64,000 nt of DNA, from NCBI GenBank assembly GCA_964016885.1, contig OZ024740.1, positions 273,668,001-273,732,000 of the forward strand, written 5' to 3'. This stretch comes from Eledone cirrhosa (taxonomy: Eukaryota). The notes beneath the pieces are model-generated. The model had not been told where the DNA came from, did not search any database, and saw only the letters and a list, made by a program, of their open reading frames with translations. Within the stretch, counting starts at the first letter, position 1. Every line of letters begins with the position of its first letter. The translations under genes and the position numbers were made by a program. This document shows, piece after piece, positions 28,153 to 42,305 of this stretch.

Positions 28153-28435
28153 ATGGTGGTGGCTGCCAACTCGTTTTCGAGTACGGCCACTACTTTATAT
28201 CCATGTAGGAGAACGCCTACCGATGCGCTGACGAGTGTGACATTTTAGTCCAGCCAGCGACTTGAAAACTCTGGTACAAACACTACAATTGTGACAATTA
28301 TTGACACACAGTACTGGCCCATTGTACCATGTGACGACAAGTGCAGAGAGATCTCCAGATATAAGCAATGCCTGTGCCGTGAAGCTTTTATAGTGAGCAA
28401 AGGCACTGCACAAAGCCAGTCCCACTCTCTTAACC
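28153..28435 (-). mobile_element. RTE/BovB-like LINE 3' tip
   Basis: C2H2-like motif [17 protein letters not shown] followed by a short 3' UTR; inserted in (TA)n. Confidence 0.55.
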
Positions 28436-28470
28436 ATATATATATATATACATACATACATTTATATATT

Positions 28471-28501
<31 letters not shown>

Positions 28502-28503
28502 AT

Positions 28504-28711
28504 GTGGCTGAGTGGTTAGAGAATTGGATTCGCAATCGTAAGGTTGTGAGTTCGATTCCTGGACCAGGTGATGCGTTATGTCCTTGAGCAAGACACTTTA
28601 TTTCACGTTGCTCCTTCTACCTGGAGTTGCGACCGATAGACAGTATTAGCAATTGGAAAGACCAACGGAAACATTGTTCCCTCGGTCTGATTTGACGAAA
28701 GTCGATCGTTC

Positions 28712-28713
<2 letters not shown>
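28504..28713 (+). mobile_element. tRNA-derived SINE family B, full length
   Basis: A box gtggctgagtggttag, B box gagttcgattcc, central tgtccttgagcaagacacttta; four copies in the window. Confidence 0.9.
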
Positions 28714-28753
<40 letters not shown>

Positions 28754-29375
28754 TATATACATACATACATTTATATATTTATATATATATATAAACAATG
28801 AGTTAAACACTTCGTTGATATGTAATATATATAAATATATAATGAAATAAATAGTGATGTTATAAAGTTATATCTTTCGTTTATTACTCTTATATATATA
28901 TATATATATATATGTTATATATATATATATTTATATGTAATGTAGTTAACTTTATCATACCAAATAATTCAATCACCTCTTTCTGCAAGAAGTATTAAAC
29001 ACGTTGCCTGTCTTTGTATCTCATCTTTTCTAATTCTAAAGTTTAATGCAATTGTTACGTTTCTATTGCGTTTTGGAACTTTGTAAATAGATTGTTATAT
29101 TCATCAGAACTTGATTGAAAGGAATCTTTTGATATACATTCTTATGATAGCAGGAAATGAGTGGATAAGTAAAGGAGGGGATGAAAATAAAATGGTGGAC
29201 GGGTCGAAACAGTGTGTCTACATGAAAGTCACGGAAAAAATGTCATTATCAAGTCCGATGATTAATGTAGAATCAACATCATAGGCCTTAATATGAAGCA
29301 ACTAATTATCAAGAGTTGTTTTCCTTTTGCTCGTCGCCTATTTATTCTTAAGAGGTTTGTGGAGAGAGAGAAATA

Positions 29376-29456
<81 letters not shown>

Positions 29457-30675
29457 CAGACCCACCTTTTAAAGGGTCCTATCAGAAACAACTGTTTCCA
29501 AATGATCCAGCTGAATATTCATGCGAGACCATCTTATAGGCGTTATACAAACATATTGCTCATAATCTACATTTGTGTCCCCTGGCGGTTAACCTTGTCC
29601 GAAACATCTGCCCAGCTATTCTTTGCTTAGACATTCTATCCACATGTTTGCAGTACCGTAGCTATCATATTTCAGTGAAGTAATGATTCTTCCTGTAACG
29701 ATTTCCGAGATGCATACTCTGGCGAATAACACTATTCCAAAGACACCGTTGATGAACACCGGTTTCTCAGCATTGTGCACAGTGAATTCATTGAAGTAAA
29801 ATATGATATCGTAGTTGGTGTCTAGTTTCAGGTGAGTCGTTACAGAGTAGACCGGCTTATCCATTTTTTTTACATGTTGTATATTGTACTACAGAATCTA
29901 TGGATATTTGGATGATTTCAGAGGTATTTAGCTGTTATTCCTAGAAGATCAAACGGTCATAACATTATGAGATAGGAACAACTATTAGACGGAACTCAGG
30001 AACGATCGTCCCGTCCTTTCAAAATATGAATAATACTTTATGTTATGTGTCATTTGATTGGTGTAACTCACCCAGAAGTTAGTTGGATTTTTTTGATATC
30101 AAGAGAGACGTAAATACACGTCTCGTTCGTTTACTACTTAGGATATTTTTTGCGTCAATTGCACATTTACATATATTACAGTTGTCCAGTTTTTTCAACC
30201 ATACTCTTAACGTGGACATATACACACACATACTACGTTTTCCACATGCATTTCCTTTCTATCAAATGCAGCTCAAGACGTATTGGTAAAATAGAAGCAA
30301 CTATATAAGAGAGTTGTCCGTAATACCACACAGTGTGATCAATGTTGTTTCACGGCAAACTTATAATGCCACATGTCTTTCTCTCCCCGTCGCTCTCCTT
30401 ATGCATCTTGTCTCCTCTCTCTCCTTCTCTCTTTCCCCCTTTTTCGCCCCCTATGTATGCGTGCTTATGTGTGTGTGCATGATGGTGTGTGTATGTGTGC
30501 TTGGGAATTACATACCAACCTGAACGGCTTACTACTATCTCATCAAATTTACAGAACAATGTCCATTCAGAAAATAAGCATTTACTGTTTTCTTCTTCAA
30601 CCCCTTATCAGCCTTAACTGGGCAGGCATTTGAGCAAACTTACGCCAGCTGTGACTGTTGCATATTATTGTTCTA

Positions 30676-30842
30676 GGCGGTGGATTGGCAGTATCGTTAG
30701 AGGGTCGGAGATACGGGCCTTTACCATCTGAGTTCAAATCCCGCCGAGGTTAACTTTGCCTTTCATCCTTACGGGTCGATAAAATAAAGTTCCAGTAATG
30801 CACTGGAATAATTGCTGACCTTGTGCCAAAAGTAGAAACAAT
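30676..30842 (+). mobile_element. tRNA-derived SINE family A
   Basis: ggcggtggattggcagtatcg (A box) .. gagttcaaatccc (B box) .. cctttcatccttacgggtcgataaaataaag. Confidence 0.9.
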
Positions 30843-31525
30843 TATTGTTCAAGGCAGAGTTTACCTTGACGTATATTATCTAACCTGTTCCCACATTAAT
30901 GTTAACATTATCGCGTGGCTTGAGAGAAATTTGACTGCTATTTCAAGTTTACTTTGTCGGTTTGTTGTTGTTGATCATACATCTTTTGTTGTTGTTGCGC
31001 TCTTGATGTCCTTCGTTCTGTCAATATGGCTTTGCGTTTCATCCTTATGCGATCGATCAAATAAAGCACCAGTAATGCACCGAGGTCAATTTAATCGAAT
31101 TTCTCCTCCCCTAATATTGTTAATCTTGTGCCTAAATCAGAAACCATTATTTAATTGTACGAAATGGGTACTATTCTATATTGTTCACTATAACTCACTT
31201 GATTTAAAAGTTGAGGAGAATTTTATTCCGCGAACTGCACCTACGTAGACATTTGTATAATGCCTTACCATACATATGTAAAAGTACATAATAACGTTGT
31301 TTACTTTTCTGAAAGTGTATAGAATATGTGAAGAGCATCATCGGTAAGGGAATGGCGAAAAACGCCTTGTGGTGTATACATATCCCTACATATTCAAAGC
31401 TGAAACCATCCTCCATTCATTCTAGCTTTCAATAGAATAAGTAGGTTAACGTAATTGATTATACATTATAAAGCATTGTCCTAGTTTGACAATATTGCAA
31501 TGACCAAAATCGGTAAGATTGCATC

Positions 31526-31580
<55 letters not shown>

Positions 31581-32437
31581 GTATATTATATCTAGTGTCA
31601 GCTGGTCACTTATTTACTGTGTATTTTATCTGATTTTCTAACGATATTAAGATTATCATTATCAATATATATAAATGTTGAAAATGCTCTGATAAAAAAT
31701 AGTCAGACCTTGAAATTATAGTTTGGTAATGAACAGGGTAGTTAGGAATACTGTATGTGTTATGACATTCCATTTATAAGACAGCGGAGTATAGGTTTAG
31801 AAGAAAAGTGGCTGTTCTTCCCTAGGTAGGTCAAGGAACTATATAGAAGCTTCTTCACTACCACTCTCATTGAATATTCCTGGAGTTTACAGTGTTGGTG
31901 GAACTCCGATTCTCAAGAAATATTTACAACGAAAGGGTTAGGAAATTTCAGTTTCTGACTCAGTACCGTACCAATGATAAGATAGAAGCTGCAGCTAAAA
32001 GGGTGGTAGTCTTACGTTCTATTGCCTGGGTCTCAAGTCACACTGAATCTATAATACACACCATATTTTCAAAAAGTAAACTAAACGCTAAAATATACTA
32101 CTTAAACGTTGTATGATGTATAACGGTTTATTAAAATTGCAGTAAAAAAGCAACACTATTTTCCTTCTTCCACTAGTTTTTCTCCAACATCTGTCACAAG
32201 TTCTTGCATGATAGAATTGAAAAGCCGGGGGTTGGACCAACTAATTTTCTCAAATTTTCTCTCTATCACCACCTTTTTCTGTTGATGTAATAAAGATGAT
32301 TAGTTATTTCTGATTAAAAGTATCCGAGATTGGGACAAGTGCTCAATTATCTCGTAATTAAACAAGCCTTTTAACAAGAATTAATTAGTCTTTAATTATC
32401 ACACAGAAATCATGGGGTGAATGCTGTTGGAGATATG

Positions 32438-32560
32438 GAAGAAGAAGAAGAAGAAGAAGAAGAAGAAGAAGAAGAAGAAGAAGAAGAAGAAGAAGAAGAA
32501 GAAGAAGAAGAAGAAGAAGAAGAAGAAGAAGAAGAAGAAGAAGAAGAAGAAGAAGAAGAA
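32438..32560. repeat. (GAA)n microsatellite
   Basis: Directly visible. Confidence 0.97.
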
Positions 32561-33184
32561 TTGAAAATGGGAGAGGGGGAATAATTGAAAAAATGAAACA
32601 AACAGACACACATACAAAAGGATAAGCACGTCCACACTCACACATGCACACACAGGCATACAGAAAATAATACATGAAGACTGAATACATGAATTCTAAA
32701 GTTTCGCCATATCGGACATAATTTTCTTCCTGGAAATCTAATAAAAATTAGTAGTACACTAAAATAGAGAACAGCCAACAACTAAATTACCTATGCTCGT
32801 GAATCGTTTTGCAATAACGGAAAGAATAGAATCGCAAATACAAGTAGTTGAAATAGGGTTCCGCTGAAGAATATTAAAGTAATTCACGTGGAAAACCAAA
32901 AATGATGGAGTTCCATACGCACCATACTTGTCTAAAATCTTCTGCTGTGATTTCGCATGCTATAAAACTATAATTGCGCCCTTGCTATACACTATTTTTG
33001 AAAATATATATTTTCACCCGAAATATCGGGCAGTGAAATGCATGAAGATAACATTTTACGATTCGTTTTTATTTATACTTTATATTTCCTCGAAAATATT
33101 GGTCATCATTGTTTACTCGCAGACACAGGTATACAGAGAAATACACAAATACACACGCACATACATATGTATATGCACACACAT

Positions 33185-33285
<101 letters not shown>

Positions 33286-33477
33286 TGTGTGGATATGCAT
33301 ATCTATACATATACCTATAACGTGTTATGAAATATTAGCAAGTTATATGTCTGTGTAGATCTGTTTGTGTGTGTTTATATTTCGTGTATCTGACGAAAGA
33401 TAAGCATGGACTTTTCCGAATATAGCTGCTGTCGAAAGTTGAGATGTCACCGCTGCATTAAGCAAATGGAAAGACAC

Positions 33478-33630
<153 letters not shown>

Positions 33631-33643
33631 GTTATAGATAGAT

Positions 33644-33679
<36 letters not shown>

Positions 33680-34171
33680 ACACATATATATATATATATA
33701 TAGAGAGAGAGCGAGAGAGCGAGAGAGACATGGACTGCTTTTATCCTAATATACTCAGATTTCTGGTTGATATTGTGGTGTAATGAGAGGTGAAGTGACA
33801 AATCATATTGATACAGACGAATAAGCAGATCTCATTCCCCCAACATTCCAGCTCACATCTATTTCTCATGCATATCTCATCATGATAGTATTGATAGCGG
33901 TAAAGGTGGTGATGCTCATGTTGGTAGTGGTTTTCGTAGATATGGTCAAGTTACCAATAATGGTAAGGGAGCAATGTTTGTCTGTGGTCAGATAATGTCA
34001 GGAGATAGCTTGGATCTATTTGCAATATAATATAGACTATATTGTATAAATGTAAGTGTCTCATTTATGTTATTTTTGGTGCGTGGCTATCTAAATGCAG
34101 ATATATTTGTTTATACTCGTACATGAATATACACACATGATAAATCAATATATATGCGTGTATCTCTGTAC

Positions 34172-34267
<96 letters not shown>

Positions 34268-34274
34268 CTATCTA

Positions 34275-34316
<42 letters not shown>

Positions 34317-34354
34317 CACTCCTATGACTTTTTCTGTTTTCAACGGAAACTTCA

Positions 34355-34432
<78 letters not shown>

Positions 34433-34433
34433 A

Positions 34434-35504
34434 TAGTAATAATAATAAATTTGAAGACTAAAATCCAAAGAGGGCTAGATCGTATAACGGAAATAAAAGA
34501 CCATGTGACCTCTGCGCCGCTGAAGCCCTGGAAATACTCTACGCTAAAGACCACATCTTAAACAAAAATTCTGAGACAATTTCGGCTTGTAAACATAGAT
34601 TGCACAAATCTTTCGTGTATTACAGACCCACGTTATACCCTAACGGATAGTACGAACTATACGAGGATAATTTACGTCTTGATGTGGTAGCTAAGTATAT
34701 GTTATGTTTATACCATTTCTCATTTGTATAGGTAAGTATTTATTAGCTATATGTTTTGTGAAGGTTCGAATACTTTCTGATACGTATATTTGCTTGTATA
34801 TGTGATAGGCGTATATATTATATTATATATACTGGTACATGTGCATATGGTTATGTGTATACGTGAGTTTGGCGTCTGTGTGAGTATACGGGTTCGCACG
34901 TATGTAGGGTGTGTGTATATGTGTACTTTGTGTTTTGGTTGACGTACGTTTAGCGAACATATGTGTATTTACATGTAGGTATATGTGCGCGCGCGTTATA
35001 TATGTATTTATATGTGTATATTTATGGATGCGTGCATGTATATTTTTTTGTTGATTTCAATTACCTCTGTAATTTATTTACATTATTCTTAACTCTGAAG
35101 CCAAGTATAATTTGGTTTCCTAAATAGAATTTTAGTTTACGACTTCAGTTATACCATAAACGTGGTTTTGTCTGTGCGTGTAATTGTTCTCAGCGCTCCA
35201 CACCATGACGTATTAACTTCGTTTTTTCGGTTCATTGCCAGAGAACGTCTTCACGAACCACCTAATAGAATATTGTAATTGTTTTCTACGCACCGAATAA
35301 TGACGTATTATCTTCGTTTTTTTTTCCGTTCTTTTCCAGGGAACGTTATCCACGAACCAAAGTATAGTCCTCCTGTCTTCCTTCGGCTGCAAAGTTTTTC
35401 GAAATATTTACTTCTGCGTTCACAGATTGATTTTTTTAGTTTCAGAAGATCTCGTTAAGGGTGAAAGCAACGATTCTTTGCTTAAACTTTAATCTGTTAT
35501 TTTA

Positions 35505-35558
<54 letters not shown>

Positions 35559-35623
35559 ATTTATTAAAATAACAGATTAAAGTTTAAGCAAAGAATCGTT
35601 TTAGTCTTCAAATTTATTATTAT

Positions 35624-35630
<7 letters not shown>
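34434..35630. mobile_element. Composite PLE-derived relic with inverted ends
   Basis: 34434-34462 is the reverse complement of about 35599-35628; contains the HHR at 35438-35488; 35469-35510 is inverted at 35558-35600 across a (TA)n tract. Confidence 0.55.
35422..35497 (+). ncRNA. Type I hammerhead ribozyme, slightly degenerate (U4 to A)
   Basis: agttt-CAGAAGA-tctcgttaagggt-GAAA-gcaa..ttgc-TT-aaact; distal stem I acagattga/ttaatctgt. Confidence 0.7.
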
Positions 35631-35680
<50 letters not shown>

Positions 35681-36289
35681 CGTGTGTATGTATCTATCTA
35701 TAAATATATATGTCAATATATATATATGTGTGTGTGCGTGTGTGTTAGTGTGCTTGTGTGTGTGTTTCTGTTTGTCTTTTCATTTGCTTAATGAACATCT
35801 CAACTTTAGACACCAGCTATATTCGGAAAAGTCCATGCTTCTCTTACAGTTGTGTGTGTGTGTTTATATATATATTTCTAAATATACAACTATATAAATA
35901 TATATTAGTATACGCAAGTATTACACCAAGAAAAATAAAAGGTCTATGTGAAGAGATTATGGATTTATTTACTTTGACATGTTTCTATGTCTATTGTAAA
36001 TTGTCTTACATATGCTGACTACAATATATATTGTTCAATTATATGCAATACTTAATTATTTATTATAATTCATAAGAAAGCCTATAATAATGGAATTCAA
36101 CTGTTGACCGCGAAGTAGAATTGAGCAATGAGATTTTCATTTAATACATCTTAGATATTCTTATATGATAACAGGCCAAATCTTTATTCCAAATTGAATA
36201 ACCGTGCCACTACAGCACTTTAAATATTACCTGTCATGCACGTCTTGTCACAGCTGACTGGTTCCACAATGCAGCCGGGATGTAAGGAC

Positions 36290-37290
36290 AAGTTGGAGGC
36301 TCAATATGCGATAACGTTTTGTGTCAACCTCGGGTAAAACGATGCAGGAAGCTATAGCATCTTTATAACCGCTTACGGACTAACTTTCATAAGACGAGCG
36401 ACTCTTCCAGAAAGTTCCAGAAGAGCAGGGAGCAGATAAATGAAGACGAGTATTGCGATATAGAGATGGACATCAGCTCGCCAAACCTCTTCGACAAAAT
36501 TCGCCGATTTCTCGTCGAAGGTCGTAGTGTTTCTCTCCTAACGATTGCTGAGCAATTTGAAGTGGCTATTGGCACTGTGCACAGAGTCATTCATGACGAT
36601 CTGAACATGCGCAAATTTGTTTCCAGGGTGGTCAATGAAGATTAGAGGTGCATCGATGACAGCTGAGAGATGGTCGAGTGGATCACTTCGTATCCACGGG
36701 TTCTTGAATTTCTGGAACCTGTGACGATGGCTGGGTCAACTGTTATGATACAGAGACCAAGAGACAGAGTGCCTACTGGAAACATCTGACTCGCCAAGAT
36801 CCAAGGAAGCGAGGCAATGTTGGTCCACTGGGAAGCACAGGATGATCCGATTATTCGACCTCAAGGGCATCATCTACATTCACGTGGTTCCCCACCGTCA
36901 GACAGTGAACTAAGAGCACTATGTAGAGGTTTTGAGGCAGGTCAAAAAGAGATTTCGTTGCAAGAGACCAGAACTCTTCAAGTCTTGTCAGCAACACCTG
37001 GACCAAGACAATGCCCCCTGCGACAGATCTATCCTGGTGATCAAATTATTGGCCGATATGGTGATCAAGACTGACCCCCATACTTCCTATCACCCCGATT
37101 TAGCACCATGTGACATCTGGATATTCCCGAAGCTGAAGAAGAAACTCAGTGTTATCCGCTTTGAGGATGTGGAGGAGATGAATGAGGTTGTGACAAGCAC
37201 GTTGGACACCTCACTTTTGACGATTACAAAGAGACCTTCCATAAGCAACCAGAATGTACGAGAAAGGTACATCTGTGACGATCCAGAGTG
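36290..37290 (+). pseudogene. Degenerate mariner transposase
   Basis: QYAITFCVNLG near the start; HLDQDNAPC..HTSYHPDLAPCDIWIFPKLKKKLSVIRFEDVEEM (YSPDLAP.D motif); many stops and frameshifts; TIRs not recognised. Confidence 0.85.
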
Positions 37291-37834
37291 GGTAACATTG
37301 ATCTCGCCATTGTGTATATAAATATACACAATTTTAATATCTATACATGTAAATATGTCACAAAATATATATTTCTCTGTAAATTGAAAAAAATGAAGAA
37401 CAACTACAATCGATTTGTGGATGTAAATAGGGCCTCACCAGAAGTCCTGTATATTATTTAAACAACCACGGAGAATCGCGTATTTGATGGGTTTATATAC
37501 TTATTTATAAATGAATTTGCATATAATTATCGCTTGCGTTGGTAGTTAATTAAGATATATATATTAAGAAATGTGCTAAGTAGCCGAAGTGTACGATAAA
37601 TTCTTATCTGTATATATATACACAGTGTAGGTGACTTAGACTGCGCCAATATATACAAAAATCTACACATTTTTAATATCATTTGATATCGTTTTCAAAA
37701 TTTACTCGGAAATTCGCATTCTGTGGCATGTTTACATGACTACATATCGAAATTGTATATATATATATAAACATTGGATCTCTCTTTGTTTTCCACTCAG
37801 ATATAGCTTTGTCGCATATTTCGGTTGCTTAGCA

Positions 37835-37865
<31 letters not shown>

Positions 37866-38152
37866 AGAAAGTATGTCCATAGAATCATTTGATAAAAAAT
37901 ATACAGTATTTCTGCTCCCAATCAGCATAATTAACTACACAAAAAATCAATTAAACAAGGCTGTAAGTTTAAAAAGCACCTATGAAGAAACAATAGATAA
38001 ATAAACGATAGCTATTTTATCCGCGATCAACAGCCACAGAATATTTACCCAGTATTTCTAATAGCCCGTGGAAATCGATTAGATATATAACCAACCATAT
38101 ACAATTAGGTACAAAATCAAAGTTAGAAGAAAAAATGGATATAAGCATACCA

Positions 38153-38822
38153 ATATTAGCACTGATCAGCCAGATTTGCATATCAGCAGACTGGCCAGTC
38201 AGTTTCCTGTATACGAGCGATAAATGTCTGGTTTTGCCAAATTCAAATAAAAAAAGTAAATTTCGCTCTACATGGCTGAATACAATAAATGTAAAGAGTT
38301 TTTCGAATATTAATAATAACATTCGATTCGTTTGCAATTATGAAAACAAGTTTCAATTTATTGTATTCAGCCATGTAGAGCGAAATTTCCTTTATTTATT
38401 TGAATTTGGCAAAGCCGCCCATATATTGCTCGTATACAGGAAACTGACTGGCCAGTATGCTGATATGCAAATCTGGGTGATCAGTGGATCTGCTAATATG
38501 CTGATCTGACTGATCGGCCAGTCTGCTAATATGCAAATCAAGCCGATCTGTCACTCTGTATTTTTGAAAATAGCATATATTTTCACTAGCTCTGACAGTT
38601 TGGCAGGTGACCAGTGAGCTGTACTGATGAAGGTTGATGCCAGAAACTTTAGTGTCTGCAGTTCTGTTCGCATGCCAACATAAGAGCAAGAATGAAGTGT
38701 TCATTCTACTAACATGGCTATAAAATTGAGGCTTGTTTGCATAATTGCAAAACGAATCGAATGTTATTATTAATATTCGATAAACTCAGATTACGTTTAT
38801 TGTATTCTGCCATGTAGAGTGA

Positions 38823-38830
<8 letters not shown>
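38153..38830. repeat. Nested inverted repeats
   Basis: About 38160-38290 is inverted at 38356-38487; about 38266-38348 is inverted again at 38733-38826. Confidence 0.8.
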
Positions 38831-38865
<35 letters not shown>

Positions 38866-38880
38866 TATTATATATATATA

Positions 38881-38971
<91 letters not shown>

Positions 38972-39160
38972 GTACATATATACCACAACCATATACGATT
39001 ATTCTTACAACCACATAGGAGTAAAGCATTACATTGCTTGGAACTTATCTTGCATTTGAATATGCTCCATTGCCATTGCCGTGCCTTAGGGACGGGTTAG
39101 TCAGGCTCTAAATAACATTTATATTTTATTAATACTATATTTGAAACAATGGTAAATTTC

Positions 39161-39207
<47 letters not shown>

Positions 39208-39557
39208 AATAAAAATAGATAGATAAATAGATAAATGTCGGTGTGTGTGTATATAAATATATAAAAAAATATTTATATATACATATATAATAATAATTAT
39301 TATTGTTATTATCATCATCACTAGTCATATTTTTATTGCGCGTCGTCACTGCATTAGCGAGCATAGCTCTGTGTACCTTGAATATGTGCAGTGTAGTTTA
39401 AGGTAGTGTCGTTTCTATTATAAGAGAGTACACTTCCAAATAAATATGTGGCCAGAGTGTAGTAGTGCTATATTTTGTTTGCTCTATACATATGTGACTC
39501 CATGGCTTTTGATTACATATCTGGCTTTATGCGTTTTTATCATTCCTAGAGTATCTA

Positions 39558-39762
39558 TTGCAGTATCGGTAGAGGGTCGGACGCCATGCTTTGTAGCATA
39601 GAGTCACGGCCATTTATGATCTGAGTTCAAATCTCGCTGACGTTAACTTTGCCTTTCATCCTTATGGGGTCGATAAAATAAAGTCCCAGTCACGCACTGG
39701 AGTCGATTTAATCAACTTTCCCCTCTCCCCAAATTGCTGGCCTTGTGCCTATATTAGAAATC
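39558..39762 (+). mobile_element. SINE family A (a partial copy follows at about 39826-39915)
   Basis: Same head, B box and central motif as other copies. Confidence 0.88.
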
Positions 39763-40497
39763 ATTATTATTATTATTAATATGAGGGATAGGGGTACGTC
39801 CCTTTACATTCTGGTTTCTATCTCACCGAGGTAAGCTTTGCCTTTCACCCTTAAGGGGTCGATGAAACAAAGTATCTACAATGCACTAGGTTTGATGGCC
39901 TTGTGCATATAGTCGAAATCATTATCATTATTATTATTATTGTTTTTATTATTACTAAAAACAAACCTAAAGTATCCATTAAAATGCGATAAACAAAATG
40001 TTTCATAATAAAAATACATCTCCAAATTGATTTTGATTTAATCATAGGGTGAAGACTGTGATAAAAAAAAAAAAAAAAAAAAAAAAAAAAGAATAAAAAA
40101 ATAAAAAAACGAAGATGAAATTTTGAAAGAAAAAAAAACGAATTTTTTGGTGAAAGCTTATCGGGCAATTAAGAATGTACATGCTCTATAGAGAAGTTAT
40201 CGGAAGTTGTATGCTCAAATATGTAACATATCATCAATTTTTTTTCTTCTGCTTCATGTTTCAACGGAACAAATGATATGATAAACTAAAAATAAATATT
40301 TCTTTTTATCTATGAATTGATTTTACTCAACCTCTGTCTCTCTTAGTGTATCAATCTATCGATATATGTATGGTGCATGTGTGTTTAATATTTGTATACA
40401 CTTTTGTTCTTATGCATCGTATCGCCTTCATTTAATCTATCTACCTATCCGCCTTATCTATCCAACTATTTATGTCAATTGTGGCTGTCTTCACTCG

Positions 40498-40672
40498 TTA
40501 TCGGTAGAGGGTCGGACGCCATGCTTTGACGTATAGAGTTACGGCCCTTGCCATTCTGAGTTCAAATCCCACCAAGGTTAACTTTGCCTTTCATCCTTAC
40601 GGGGGTCGATAAAATAAAGTACCGGTAATGCACTGGGTAATTGCTGGCCTTGTTCCTAACGTAGAAACAATT
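40498..40672 (+). mobile_element. SINE family A
   Basis: tcggtagagggtcggacgccatgc..gagttcaaatccc..gtcgataaaataaagtacc. Confidence 0.88.
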
Positions 40673-40711
<39 letters not shown>

Positions 40712-40715
<4 letters not shown>

Positions 40716-40988
40716 GGAAAAGAATGAAACGAAATTTTATTTCTCATTCTTAGTACGGCTGATACTTAAATATAAGTATGTATACGTACATACATATATG
40801 TATACAGACGTACAGTAGTATGTATATATATGCATACATGCACACATATATATATGTACGTATGGGTTTACCGAACATTATAATAAATGTTCGGTAAACC
40901 CATACGTACATATATATATGTTTGCACGTATGTATATATATATATAGTACTGTACATCTGTATACATATATGTATGTACGTATACATA

Positions 40989-40993
<5 letters not shown>
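40712..40993. repeat. Fold-back copy of the 12288 repeat (about 105-bp imperfect arms)
   Basis: Centre tacgtatgggtttaccgaacatt-ataata-aatgttcggtaaacccatacgta. Confidence 0.8.
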
Positions 40994-41039
<46 letters not shown>

Positions 41040-41044
41040 ATGTA

Positions 41045-41715
41045 TAGTGCAAATTTATACGGGAACAAAACAGAGAGGCAGACACATAAAGGTTTATTAG
41101 GTTCACGCTTTTGAGAGTTGAACGACGTTTCGGACATAAGCCTTTCTTCAGGAGTAAATAGGTTAGCAATAGAGTTCAGAGGGTGTGTGGAAATACATTT
41201 AGAAAAAAGGGGGAAGGAGAACAAATAAAAATAAAAATAAACATAAAAATAAACATAAGAATAAACAATAAAATGAACCAGTGGTCGAAGGGTGTGAGGC
41301 GTGTAAGGGTGGTGGCGGGTGGAGTTGGGAGAGGGAGGCGGTGTAGAAGCGAGGAAGGCTGAAGGTAGTGTTTGTGTATGTGTGTAGGTGTACGTGAGTG
41401 TTTGTGAGTGTGTATGTGAGAGTTTGAGGTAGAACGAGGTTCCATGTTCAGGAAAAGGTGTGTGCGTGGGGTGGGGTGTAAGTCGGTGTGTGCGTGCGTG
41501 TGGAAGGAGAGGGGTCAGGGGTGGGGGAGGTGGCGTATGGATTGCGGAGGTTGTGTATATGAGGGGGTACGCACGTGTGTGTTTGTGTTTATATGTGGTG
41601 TGGATGTGGGTGGCGTGGTTGCGAAAAAAAAAAGTGTGAGCGTATGTTCGTGGGTAAGGTCCTGAGGTAGTTCCGTCAGATGTGTGAAGAGATGCTGGAT
41701 ATTTTTCAAGTTATG
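41045..41715 (-). mobile_element. PLE 3'-end relic with a minimal HHR core
   Basis: Minus strand CTGAAGA-aaggcttatgtcc-GAAA-cg-TC at about 41124-41151; the downstream aagcgtgaacctaata resembles the tail after the 11819 motif; stem I pairs poorly. Confidence 0.45.
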
Positions 41716-41755
41716 GATATGTATGTATATATATTTATATATATATATATATATA

Positions 41756-41932
41756 ACAAAGGAATTGTGGTAAGGAACCAGATGGCCCATAACGCACCAG
41801 AGTACTCAATACTTAGGGTAGTAGAGTGGGAAATAGGAAAAAGCATGACCCCGACAGCAGAGCTCAAGCCGTTTCGACGGCTATTTCTGGGCTCCAGACG
41901 GTTTGAGCTCTGCCGTCGGGATCATGGTTTTT

Positions 41933-41937
<5 letters not shown>
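41756..41937 (-). mobile_element. pLTR family X copy 2 with fold-back
   Basis: Homologous to 17233; arms aggaaaaagcatgaccccgacagcagagctcaagccgt / acggtttgagctctgccgtcgggatcatggtttttcct. Confidence 0.85.
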
Positions 41938-41988
<51 letters not shown>

Positions 41989-41992
<4 letters not shown>

Positions 41993-42305
41993 GACGATTT
42001 GTTTCGCTATTCATCAGCACAAGGTTCGATCTGCATCGATCTGGCCCGATTCTGGAATCAAAAGCTGATCAGACCTCTGCTGTTGTCATTACAACAGCAG
42101 AGTTCCTACGAGCTTTTGATTCCAGAGTCGGGCCAGATCTATACAGATCGAACCATGAGCTGATCAATAGCGAAACGTGCGTCACCAATCAATAAACGTA
42201 ACGTACATTTACACTCTGTTTATTTCTACACCTCGCTACAGACGTGACCCTAAACATTGAGTACTCACCTGGCTGAACCTACAGTAACTTCACGTTACAC
42301 TCCCT

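Noticed and set aside
28504-28575. tRNA gene
   Set aside because: A and B boxes run into a conserved non-tRNA body repeated four times, so it is a SINE head; the same holds for family A
29616-29864. 82-aa ORF, or an exon with a CAG|GTGAGT donor on the plus strand
   Set aside because: No recognisable motif, and all three plus frames have stops shortly before the donor
33384-33476. Hammerhead at CTGACGA (33390) .. GAAA (33434) .. GTC
   Set aside because: Stems I and III do not pair convincingly. The region is a repeat (inverted copy at about 35773-35842), but the ribozyme is unsupported.
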